Source: Candidatus Saccharimonadales bacterium (GTDB taxonomy: Bacteria > Patescibacteriota > Saccharimonadia > Saccharimonadales > EFPC-124). From it: a stretch of 64,000 nucleotides of DNA. Both the position numbers and the translations under genes were made by a program. Positions 17,099 through 25,321 of this stretch are shown here, piece by piece. Where the stretch lies: contig JBOHNX010000001.1 of assembly GCA_050730875.1 (NCBI GenBank), positions 141,827 through 205,826 on the forward strand, in the 5' to 3' direction. Each line of letters starts with the position of its first letter. Positions within the stretch are counted from its first letter, which is position 1. The notes beneath the pieces are model-generated. The model was not told the origin of the DNA. It did not search any database and worked only from the letters and a program-made list of their open reading frames with translations.

Positions 17099-18043
17099 CT
17101 AGCTTGCCGGTGCGGGCGGAGTTGGGCTTGGTCCAGTTGGCGGTGTTGGCGGCACTGGGCGCGGTGGGACTGGCGGGAGAGGCCGAGGCGCAGGTGGTGG
17201 TGCCGGACTTTGTTGTGCTTGCGGTGGCGCACCTGGCGGCGTTGATGGTTTACTTACATTACCCTGCTGATCAATGGCAATGGTTGGTGCCGGACCACCT
17301 TGCTTAAGGGTATCCAGCTGGTTTTGCACGGCTGCCTTTTCCTCTGCAGTTGTAGCAACTTGTGGTTTTGGCGCGTTAGGGTCGTTACCTCCCTCTTTTG
17401 CCATTTCGCGGTCGAGCAGTTCGTTAATGTCTACTTGCTTAGTTGGGTCGCTAATAGGTTGAATGACGCGTTGCCGTGTTGACGGTGCAGCGGGTGCGCT
17501 AGAACGCACAGGAGGCATGCCGTGTGCGGGCATTGCCGGTTGTTGTGGCGCAGTTGCAGCGCTTGCCGGCGGCGGTTGCGGTCGAGGTGGCGCGTTTGGT
17601 GCTGGCGGAGGTGGAGGTGGAGACATGGGTGGCGCTTGTGCTGGTGGCGCGCTTGGGCTAGCTTTGACACCTGGCGAGTCCCCTAGCACTTCGTGCACGA
17701 CACGCACAACATCTTCAATGCCAACCTGTGATTTAACTAAGTAACGGTCGGCTCCCATTTGTTCGCCGCGCATGCGCTGATCTTCTGAACTGAGAGCGGT
17801 CATAACTATGACCTTTATAGTCCTAGTCTCGGTAGTCGAACGCAAGATATCTAACATGTCAAAACCACTGATCTTTGGCATCATAACATCAGTAATAATA
17901 AGCGCCGGGCGCTCTTTAATGGCGATTGCGAGCGCTTCTTCGCCATCACCTGCCGATACGATGTCGTACCCTTCGGCTAAAAGCCGTACGCCGTAAATTT
18001 CGCGTAGGCTCTTGTCATCTTCAACAAGCATTATCTTGGTCAT
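17099..18043 (-). CDS. response regulator: receiver domain + ~190-aa proline-rich tail, no recognisable output domain
   Basis: Receiver sequence MTKIMLVEDDKSL...IITDVMMPKISGFD...VMTAL. An AGGAGG RBS precedes the ATG at 18043. The remainder is P/A/Q-rich low complexity. Confidence 0.8.
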   Translation of the reverse strand: MTKIMLVEDDKSLREIYGVRLLAEGYDIVSAGDGEEALAIAIKERPALIITDVMMPKISGFDMLDILRSTTETRTIKVIVMTALSSEDQRMRGEQMGADRYLVKSQVGIEDVVRVVHEVLGDSPGVKASPSAPPAQAPPMSPPPPPPAPNAPPRPQPPPASAATAPQQPAMPAHGMPPVRSSAPAAPSTRQRVIQPISDPTKQVDINELLDREMAKEGGNDPNAPKPQVATTAEEKAAVQNQLDTLKQGGPAPTIAIDQQGNVSKPSTPPGAPPQAQQSPAPPPAPRPLPPVPPRPVPPTPPTGPSPTPPAPAS

Positions 18044-18079
18044 ATTGCCTCCTATTGTACGGGGTGTGGTCAAAAAAAT

Positions 18080-19705
18080 CTATAGCGCTTGTGGTTGAGT
18101 GGGATTACTAGTATTTTGAAGTGTCGTGGCTTGTTCGTTCGTGATGCGTGGTAGCTGCACCATAAAGGTGCTGCCCTTGCCATAGGTGCTCTTTACGGCA
18201 ATGCGGCCGTTGTTGGCTTCGACAAGGCGACGGCATATGTAAAGCCCTAAGCCGGTACCGCCAATTTCGCGCGTGTCAGTGTTGTCAACGCGATAGAATT
18301 TCTGGAATAAGTGCGGTACGTCTTCGGGCGGGATGCCGAAGCCGGTGTCGGTAACGCTGAGCGTAATGGTGGTGCTATCGCCGGTCACATCGACGGTAAC
18401 TGTTCCTTGCTTCGTGTATTTAATGGCGTTATCGATAAGGTTGTTCATAACCTCGCGTAGGTGGTCTTGGTCGACATTGGCGTAGTACACGGGCATAATT
18501 TGCCGCGGTCCATCGCGCTGTTCGCCGCCGGGCTTAAAGTGGAGGAAGATGTTCTTTTCGCGGGCCTTTGGCTGCAAGCTCTCGGTGAGGTTACGCATGA
18601 AACCAACTACATCTACCGGACCCGGATGGGCAATTAAGCGGGAATCCTCTGCTTTCGATACGGTAAGGAGATCCTGGAAGAGCCGCCCCAAGTGCTGGGT
18701 TGATTCGTGGGCCTTGTGTAAATATGCTTGGGCTTTCTCGTCGATGGTTGCTGTTTGCGGGTTCATGGCGAGCGCCAAGTAACCCTCGATTGCGGCTACT
18801 GGCGTGCGCATTTCGTGGCTGGCGGTGCTAATGAATTCGGCTTTTTGGCGCTCCTCTTGCTTTTCGGCGGTAATATCGCGGAAGACAGCAATGGCGCCTT
18901 TTGCCGGCACCGTATTGCCGACTGGCGAGACAACGAGCGATATATCTATTCTTTTACCACTTTTGGTGGTGAGCGAAAGATCGTTGGTAACGAGCGGCTT
19001 ATTACTTAAAAGTACTTGGCGGACTGGCGAAAAGTCGTCTTCGACCGGCTTGGCGTTTTGGTCGCTCAGCTTAAAAATCGAACGGTAGTCTAGGTTAACA
19101 GCGTCTTGCCTGGGCCAACCAAGCAACGTTTCGGCGGCCGGGTTTACAAGCTGAATGACGCCATTGCCGTCCACCACTAGTACGCCCTCGGCGATAGAAT
19201 TCACCACTATGTCAGACTTGCTGGCAACCTGCGAGAGCTGTTGCTCTAGCGCTGTGACCGCCTTCTGTTCTTTGGCGTCTTCTTGTTTCGACTTTTTATG
19301 CCAAATAAGGTAGCTCACCAAAATAGGCGCTTCGGTTATGAGTGTCATCTCAATAATCTGGTCAGCGCCAAACACCTTGCCGGACAAAAACAGCTCATAA
19401 AGTAAGTGGATGTTTGCAATGCTCAATAGCGCCAGCCATACGCCCCAGCCAAAAATGCCGGCAAACACACCAATGAGCAGCCACAAGGCGATGAACGGTG
19501 AACGCAAGCTGCCAGTTAGTAGAATGAGCAGTCCGGCAGTACTCGACGTCAATAAGTATGCCAGCAGACCAACGGTGTACGATGCGCTGCCTCGGGCAAA
19601 AATGTACGCTATAAGGCTAAAAATGCCGGTGATACCAGCGCCAATGGCCGCAGGCAGCGGCACGAACAGCGCGTAATCGCTTCGGCCAACTATCCAGACA
19701 CTCAC
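18080..19705 (-). CDS. sensor histidine kinase (multi-TM N-terminus, PAS, HisKA, HATPase_c)
   Basis: H-box FISTASHEMRTPVAAI, N-box NLIDNAIKYT and G-boxes DTGFGI...GGTGLGL. It forms an operon with the response regulator at 17099. Confidence 0.88.
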   Translation of the reverse strand: MSVWIVGRSDYALFVPLPAAIGAGITGIFSLIAYIFARGSASYTVGLLAYLLTSSTAGLLILLTGSLRSPFIALWLLIGVFAGIFGWGVWLALLSIANIHLLYELFLSGKVFGADQIIEMTLITEAPILVSYLIWHKKSKQEDAKEQKAVTALEQQLSQVASKSDIVVNSIAEGVLVVDGNGVIQLVNPAAETLLGWPRQDAVNLDYRSIFKLSDQNAKPVEDDFSPVRQVLLSNKPLVTNDLSLTTKSGKRIDISLVVSPVGNTVPAKGAIAVFRDITAEKQEERQKAEFISTASHEMRTPVAAIEGYLALAMNPQTATIDEKAQAYLHKAHESTQHLGRLFQDLLTVSKAEDSRLIAHPGPVDVVGFMRNLTESLQPKAREKNIFLHFKPGGEQRDGPRQIMPVYYANVDQDHLREVMNNLIDNAIKYTKQGTVTVDVTGDSTTITLSVTDTGFGIPPEDVPHLFQKFYRVDNTDTREIGGTGLGLYICRRLVEANNGRIAVKSTYGKGSTFMVQLPRITNEQATTLQNTSNPTQPQAL

Positions 19706-19874
19706 AAAATAAAGCGCAACTACAACAAAAGAGATTAGTAGCGTAATCTCACAAATGCGTCTGTACCAAAACGGCGAAATCGATCTGACCGGAGTTATAG
19801 TGCCCCCCTTACTAACGTTGTTCTAATTATGGCGTTACATAAGGATAAGCGTCAAGCTAGGTTTACAGATGTTA

Positions 19875-19948
19875 CAAATAAAAAAGCCTCCGTGCAGGAG
19901 GAAGATGTGCAGCACCCTTGGGGAGCCCGAAGGCTCGACCCAAGGGTG
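19875..19948 (-). terminator. tandem-hairpin intrinsic terminator
   Basis: Helices 19913-19921/19940-19948 and 19887-19891/19897-19901, followed on the - strand by a U6 run. It lies directly after the stop of the 19956 gene. Confidence 0.55.
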
Positions 19949-19955
19949 TCTTTTG

Positions 19956-20495
19956 TTACTGCTGCGCGGTGTTGTTCTGCTCCCATGGCGGGATCCATGC
20001 GTGCAGACGGAACCAGAACCGTGGCACGTTCTGCAGGTAGAGGGTGTACCGGTCAGGGAACTTCTCTCGAAGCTCAGGTTCCTCCTGGGTGAGGATGAGC
20101 CAGAGCTGGAAGATGATGAAGGCGATCAGCTCAAACACGACCCACAACGAGCCGGTCCAGAGTATCCACCCCAGCAGAATCAGGGCAACACCCGTGATCA
20201 TGGGGTTGCGCGAGTAGCGGTACAACCCCTCACAAACGAACTCTGTGATTGCATCCCACGGACCGAGTGACTCGCCTCGCCTGGTGAACGAAGCGATCGT
20301 CGTGATGAGCAGGAAGATCCCCATGATGAAGCTTGCCACTGTCACGATGCTGAGTACAACCCAGACAAGGCCAGTGGTGCCCCAAAGCCATCCCCACCAC
20401 CCGGCCGTCAGCATGCTTCCCCATGCAAGTAGTGGCGGTACTACACCAGCCACCATGATCGGCAATAGCAGTGCCCGTCTTTGCTTGCTGTTCAT
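19956..20495 (-). CDS. ICMT/PEMT-like membrane methyltransferase family protein
   Basis: C-terminal EGLYRYSRNPMITGVALILLGW matches the isoprenylcysteine/phospholipid methyltransferase fold. A GGAGGG RBS precedes the Met at 20495. Codons are visibly GC3-rich. Confidence 0.6.
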   Translation of the reverse strand: MNSKQRRALLLPIMVAGVVPPLLAWGSMLTAGWWGWLWGTTGLVWVVLSIVTVASFIMGIFLLITTIASFTRRGESLGPWDAITEFVCEGLYRYSRNPMITGVALILLGWILWTGSLWVVFELIAFIIFQLWLILTQEEPELREKFPDRYTLYLQNVPRFWFRLHAWIPPWEQNNTAQQ

Positions 20496-20635
20496 AGCTA
20501 CCCTCCGCAATCGAAAGTTTTGGGCATTGCTAATTATAGCAAAAGGTGTTGAAAATATCCCCCTTGCCACAAAAGAGAAGATTGTTGGCAAGATGTAACA
20601 TTAAAAGATAAATAATTGCAAGTTCGAGCGGCCTA

Positions 20636-21433
20636 CTACTTGCGCCTACCGACGATAGCGCCCATGCCTTCGTAACCGAACTCATCACCATCGGGCCGAG
20701 CCTCGTTTGACGCTGTGACGGAAAACGTTTGGATACTGCTAAGCTCGTATTTTGCTACTCGGAACACGTCTTCTTCGCGGATTGCGACAGCTGGGTAGCG
20801 TTCCCCCGCTGAGCCCCAGCCAGGATTCTGCTTTTTGTCTCTCATGTAAAGCATTGCTACCAAGCCGTTTCTAGCGATGGATTGGAAGAATGTTAAGCTT
20901 GCCTGCTCCCATTCTTGTTCATTACCTGTGAGCGACTCCGGACCGAAGCATGTGATTCCTATATCGTATGCCTTTTTTGGCAGATCGAAAATGCTTTGCT
21001 CGACGACTTCGCCAATCTTGCATGCCTTTAATGATCCGCCCGACCACTCTGGCCTGCATTTGCCGAGGTGCGTCTGGTGCGCTGCCCAGCCGCCCAGGTT
21101 ACCTTTTTTGCCCGCATTAATGACTTCTTGTGCATTTTGTACCTGTGGTTTGCCGTAATCTGACCAGTAGATCACGCTCTCGGCAGCATCGCGCATAAAA
21201 GGGGCTATTAGCGAAGGACCACGCACAACTCCGCCATTGCATGCGTCGATGCCCGTTTGTAACGACTCCAACTTAATGCCAGATTCGTCCCCCAGCTCCA
21301 AAAGAGCACCAATTGTAAAGCGCCCCAGGCAGCGATCTTCCCAGATAACTTTGCCCAGATATTGCTCGTAATATTGCGGGCCGAATTTATTCCAATTGAA
21401 TTGTTCGTTCCTTGTGCCAATAAGTGTGTGCAT
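20636..21433 (-). CDS. hypothetical protein, NNMT/PNMT/TEMT-like methyltransferase fold with degenerate SAM motif (tentative)
   Basis: Collinear by eye with NNMT-type proteins. FNWNKFGPQYYEQYL parallels FNPRDYLEKYY. IDACNGG sits where DIGSGP is expected. GITCFGPESL...LVAMLY parallels LSTLCLDAA...FLVI. Confidence 0.35.
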   Translation of the reverse strand: MHTLIGTRNEQFNWNKFGPQYYEQYLGKVIWEDRCLGRFTIGALLELGDESGIKLESLQTGIDACNGGVVRGPSLIAPFMRDAAESVIYWSDYGKPQVQNAQEVINAGKKGNLGGWAAHQTHLGKCRPEWSGGSLKACKIGEVVEQSIFDLPKKAYDIGITCFGPESLTGNEQEWEQASLTFFQSIARNGLVAMLYMRDKKQNPGWGSAGERYPAVAIREEDVFRVAKYELSSIQTFSVTASNEARPDGDEFGYEGMGAIVGRRK

Positions 21434-21483
21434 TGCTCAACAAATAGTAGGCAAGATCAAGCAAATAGCGTAAACTGTTCACC

Positions 21484-22278
21484 ATGTCGGACAGCACGAA
21501 CGGATTAATCCAGCAGTTGCAGTCACTGGGTTTGGAACCGGACGAAGTCAAAATATATCTAGAACTTTTAAGCGAGCCCAGCACGCATTTGCAGCTGAGC
21601 CGCTCGACTGGAATTAACCGCACCAAGGTGTATCGCGTTGTTGAAGAGCTCGAAAAACAGAGCTTAGTAACTCGCCGTACGGATGATAGGGGGACTTTTT
21701 TAGTGGCGTCGGACCCCGCAACGCTTGAAGTATCACTCGTCACAAAAGAGGAGGAGCTAAAACGCCAGCACGAGTTGCTCCACAGCCTAATCCCCACTCT
21801 GTCGCATTTGCAAAATAAAGATTCACGGGCATTTGTAGTGCGAACTTACGAAGGTCGTGCGGGTCTAAAGCAAATGTGCTGGCACGAACTAAAAGCTAAG
21901 GGCGAAGTTGTGGCGCTGGGGAATGGTACGATCGAACAAATTACTTCTGACGAGCGTTGGGCGCTGAAGCATCGAGAATACCAGATAGCTGCTGGTTATA
22001 AAACCCGTGACCTCGTAAACTTCGACTACACAAAAAATGAATTACCTGAACTCGCCAGCAAACAATTGCTTGCATCCGGTTTGTATAGTTATCGCATATT
22101 GCCAAAAGAAATTCTTACGTTCGATAATCAAACTATCGTCTATAACGACACCGTGGCTATTTACCACTGGAAACATGACCAAAGGGTTGGTGTCGAAATT
22201 ATCAGCCATACTTACGCCCAAATGATGCGCCAAGTGTTTGAGTACTATTGGGCGCTTGGTACAGACGGGCAGCTCTAG
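21484..22278 (+). CDS. TrmB-family transcriptional regulator
   Basis: N-terminal winged HTH: LGLEPDEVKIYLELLSEPSTHLQLSRSTGINRTKVYRVVEELEKQSLV. Confidence 0.7.
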   Translation: MSDSTNGLIQQLQSLGLEPDEVKIYLELLSEPSTHLQLSRSTGINRTKVYRVVEELEKQSLVTRRTDDRGTFLVASDPATLEVSLVTKEEELKRQHELLHSLIPTLSHLQNKDSRAFVVRTYEGRAGLKQMCWHELKAKGEVVALGNGTIEQITSDERWALKHREYQIAAGYKTRDLVNFDYTKNELPELASKQLLASGLYSYRILPKEILTFDNQTIVYNDTVAIYHWKHDQRVGVEIISHTYAQMMRQVFEYYWALGTDGQL

Positions 22279-22394
22279 TCTAGTTGCCAACCGGCAAAAA
22301 TGTTTTGAGGTCGGCGTTGAATTTTATCGAGGGCCACGGTTCGCATCCTTAGTAGCTTATAATGAAGAGTAGCTACATTAACTAGGAGAAAACC

Positions 22395-22808
22395 ATGCAA
22401 ACTCGGCTCAACCCGTACCTTAGTTTTCGCGATAACACTCGCGAGGCGATGGAATTTTATAAGACTGTGTTTGGCGGCGAGCTCACACTGAGCCCATATA
22501 AGGAATTCAACGCGTCGCAGGATCCAAGCGAGGATGACAAAATTATGCACGCTATGTTGGAAGCCAAAAACGGTATTACTTTTATGGCGGCGGACACGCC
22601 AAACGCCATGCAGTACACTCCTGGCACCAACATGAGCATGTCGCTCAGCGGCGACAACGAAGAAGAGCTCCGCGGCTATTGGGACAAGCTTTCCGAAGGT
22701 GCCACTATTACCATGCCGCTCGAAAAAGCTCCTTGGGGCGACACGTTTGGTATGCTAACCGACAAATTCGGTATTCAGTGGATGGTAGACATCGCGCCAA
22801 AAGCTTAG
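22395..22808 (+). CDS. VOC/PhnB-like (glyoxalase-fold) protein
   Basis: The N-terminus LNPYLSFRDNTREAMEFYKTVFGG and the C-terminus WGDTFGMLTDKFGIQWMV are typical of the PhnB/YjdN family. Confidence 0.7.
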   Translation: MQTRLNPYLSFRDNTREAMEFYKTVFGGELTLSPYKEFNASQDPSEDDKIMHAMLEAKNGITFMAADTPNAMQYTPGTNMSMSLSGDNEEELRGYWDKLSEGATITMPLEKAPWGDTFGMLTDKFGIQWMVDIAPKA

Positions 22809-22825
22809 GCACGTATAATTGAGAT

Positions 22826-23407
22826 ATGGCTCAGCCATACCGGCCGATGCAGCCAACCAAAACCGAGAGTCTGCCAGCTGGCAGTGAGTGGGTTTATGAG
22901 CCAAAACTTGATGGATACCGAATGCTCGCCTACACGTCGCTGCGCCGCATAGTACTGAGGACCCGATACGGCAACAACTTCACCGACCGCTATCCGCTAG
23001 TCGTCCAGCAATTGCCAGCTGCGCTGGGTGGACGCGAAGCTGTGTTAGATGGCGAAATGGTCGGATTTGACGAATCTGGCCAGCACAACATCCGGATTTT
23101 ACAGAGAAAAACCGCTCGGGTTGTGTACTTTGTCTTCGATCTTCTAGCGATTGATGACGTACCAGTAATTAATAGGAGATGGGAAGACAGGCATGGTTTG
23201 CTGGAAGAAATGTTTAAACGTCAGCCAAACGTAGATCTTTGCCCATATTTTGACGACCGCGACGCCGTGCTGCAAGCCACCGAGAAGCTAAATATGGAAG
23301 GCGTTGTCGCTAAGAAAACTCAGTCAATTTACAAACCAGGCAAACGTTCAAAAGACTGGCTGAAGTTTAAATTCCAGCCGCACCAAGGCAGAGCCTGGCG
23401 ACGGTAG
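22826..23407 (+). CDS. ATP-dependent DNA ligase adenylation (NTase) domain only, OB-fold domain absent
   Basis: Motif I YEPKLDGYR, motif III FVFDLL, motif IV EGVVAK and motif V DWLKFK are present. The ORF ends about 10 aa after motif V. Confidence 0.65.
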   Translation: MAQPYRPMQPTKTESLPAGSEWVYEPKLDGYRMLAYTSLRRIVLRTRYGNNFTDRYPLVVQQLPAALGGREAVLDGEMVGFDESGQHNIRILQRKTARVVYFVFDLLAIDDVPVINRRWEDRHGLLEEMFKRQPNVDLCPYFDDRDAVLQATEKLNMEGVVAKKTQSIYKPGKRSKDWLKFKFQPHQGRAWRR

Positions 23408-23770
23408 CTATCTTCCTAAGCGTTCCTTTAGCAAAAGCTTGACGACCTTTTCGATTAAATCGTACGGAATTGGTTTATCCAACGGGAACTGCAACGTCCC
23501 CTTCCCTTTTCGATACGGCGCGATCTCTTTTTGAAACACCTCGTCGCCAGCCGGCACCGGATACACGCTTACATGTTTTTCGTACCCCGCAAAATACGCC
23601 ACAGGCTTACCCTTTAGCTTAAACGTTGGAATGCCGTAGCTAATTACCTCCTCCGCCTCTGGTACAACACCGTGCATAACTCGTCGGATTTTTTGGAGAA
23701 TCTCCTGCGTGCTCGGCGGAAAGTTTTGTATGTATTCGTCGATGTTTTTGTATGGTTTCATTTCCACCAT
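23408..23770 (-). CDS. DUF1801 (YdhG-like) protein
   Basis: IDEYIQNFPPSTQEILQKIRRVM...ISYGIPTFKLKGKPVAYFAGYEKHVSVYP is the typical DUF1801 pattern. Confidence 0.7.
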   Translation of the reverse strand: MVEMKPYKNIDEYIQNFPPSTQEILQKIRRVMHGVVPEAEEVISYGIPTFKLKGKPVAYFAGYEKHVSVYPVPAGDEVFQKEIAPYRKGKGTLQFPLDKPIPYDLIEKVVKLLLKERLGR

Positions 23771-23794
23771 GAGTTTTATTGTAGCTAAGATGTG

Positions 23795-24274
23795 CTATCT
23801 TTTCTGTTTTTTGTCTTCGGGGTGAATGTCAACAGCTATCATTTCTACAATATGTGCGCTTCTGTCAATAAAAAAGAAGCCGCGATATGAACCTGCGTCA
23901 AATTCACTTAATTCAGCGTCGGGTGTTAGGCCGGAGGCGTATTTTTTATAGTGATTAGCCACTTTTACTTTTTTAACATCAAACGGAAGGTTGTACACAT
24001 CTTGTTCAGAAGAGCAGCGGCACATATTCTTATAGGCTTCAATCACTTTTCTTAGAGGAGCAGTCTTGGGTATTGTCTTACCTTGGCATAAATCATCTCT
24101 ATAAAATCTATGACCGATAGTAAAATTTTTCTCACCCTCGTCTTGGATGCTGTTTGACTGTGCGACGCTAGCGGGTAGCCTGACTGATGGGTCAGTCGCT
24201 TTGCGAGCGACTTCTTTGATTTCTTTTTGTAGTTTTCTACGTTCAGGCTTTGACAGTTTTGAGTAATCGGGCAT
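23795..24274 (-). CDS. putative toxin partner of Panacea antitoxin; C-terminus RelE/ParE-like
   Basis: It overlaps the upstream DUF4065 gene by 32 nt. The C-terminal GSYRGFFFIDRSAHIVEMIAVDIHPE resembles the RelE/ParE 'GDYRIIY..D....V.I..IGHR' strand pattern. Confidence 0.45.
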   Translation of the reverse strand: MPDYSKLSKPERRKLQKEIKEVARKATDPSVRLPASVAQSNSIQDEGEKNFTIGHRFYRDDLCQGKTIPKTAPLRKVIEAYKNMCRCSSEQDVYNLPFDVKKVKVANHYKKYASGLTPDAELSEFDAGSYRGFFFIDRSAHIVEMIAVDIHPEDKKQKR

Positions 24275-24713
24275 AGAAGCTCTTCATCAGATCAGGGTCA
24301 ATGGTGATACTGGTGCGCTCGTCTGTTTCGGCGTTTCCTCTAGCGGCTAGCCAGGGCTCTTCGTTGTGGGTCAAGGCTTCTAGATAGTCGGCATCAAACT
24401 TCCCATAAATTGCCCAGATATCTTCTAAGACAGCTTGTTCCTTAGCAGCTAGCTTGCCGACTTGCGGCTCTTCTGCGATGGTGTTGTAGCTATATTTTTT
24501 GTATTTGCTATAGAGAGTTCTTATGGCCGGTCCATGTATCCAAGCCTCTATAGGGTCAGTAAACAGGGGGTTGTCGTTAAATACTAAGTTCCACGCTTGG
24601 GCGTAGTAAACGAGTTTCTGTAGCTTTTTATTAGTTATCACCTTGTCTGCATCGTGAGAGGTTGCAATAAAATAATTAGCCACCCTCTGTAATTTTTCGC
24701 TTGGCTCATTCAT
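24243..24713 (-). CDS. DUF4065 / Panacea-domain (SocA/GepA-like) antitoxin
   Basis: ITNKKLQKLVYYAQAWNLVFNDNPLFTDPIEAWIHGPAIRTLYSKYKKY is the hallmark DUF4065 core. Confidence 0.75.
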   Translation of the reverse strand: MNEPSEKLQRVANYFIATSHDADKVITNKKLQKLVYYAQAWNLVFNDNPLFTDPIEAWIHGPAIRTLYSKYKKYSYNTIAEEPQVGKLAAKEQAVLEDIWAIYGKFDADYLEALTHNEEPWLAARGNAETDERTSITIDPDLMKSFYARLLKTVKA

Positions 24714-24886
24714 AGTAATTCAGTGAACTCCACCCTGCCTCCATTTGCAAGCTTAATTACTTTTATTGTACGTTTTACATACCTCTTCGTAAAGCTTATG
24801 CTACGGGCTAGTCCCGCGCTTTTCTTTTATCCTCTATAAGCTCCCGCAGTCGTATTTTGGAAACTGCTCTCGGTATTGTTCCGCTG

Positions 24887-24910
24887 TGGTGACCCATGGG
24901 GGCTCGAACC
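24887..24910 (-). other. degenerate copy of the tRNA-Glu 3' end (att-like remnant)
   Basis: tggtgaccc-atgggggctcgaacc aligns with tRNA-Glu 27561-27585 tggtgaccctatggggaatcgaacc. That is 22/25 matches in the same orientation. No 5' half of a tRNA is present. Confidence 0.6.
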
Positions 24911-24936
24911 GATTATGCGTGGTATAGTTATATTCA

Positions 24937-25260
24937 ATGAACAAAAAATCTTCGCTTATTATTCAACGCATTCTTCAGGTGATTGTCATCATCGCTTCTG
25001 TGGCGATGTTTCTAGCGGTTCTTTCGCCTTTGCTTGCATTTTTTGCCGCTTCCAGCGCAATGGGAGGTCATCCCCCGGGATATCTTAAGCCGCTGGTCTA
25101 CTTAGTGCCTATAACTCCTTATATTCTCCTAGCGGGCGCAGTAGCGTCGATTGTTTTGACTCTCATAAGACCAAAAGATGAGCTCACTACTCCTTTGCGT
25201 ATTTGGGGAGTTGTCATGTGTTTGCTAGCCTTTGGGCTGTTTACTTACTTTAAGTTCTAG
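24937..25260 (+). CDS. small membrane protein (3 predicted TM helices)
   Basis: 107-aa hydrophobic ORF. It is followed by the bidirectional terminator at 25270-25301. Confidence 0.5.
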   Translation: MNKKSSLIIQRILQVIVIIASVAMFLAVLSPLLAFFAASSAMGGHPPGYLKPLVYLVPITPYILLAGAVASIVLTLIRPKDELTTPLRIWGVVMCLLAFGLFTYFKF

Positions 25261-25269
25261 TTGAAGGAT

Positions 25270-25301
25270 CCCCAGGGAGCACATGCTCCCTGGGGATTTT
25301 T
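25270..25301. terminator. bidirectional intrinsic terminator
   Basis: Perfect 11-bp stem 25270-25280/25285-25295, with a T5 run on + and an A/T-rich flank on -. It lies between convergent genes. Confidence 0.7.
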
Positions 25302-25321
25302 GGGTTCTTCGGATCAATCAA

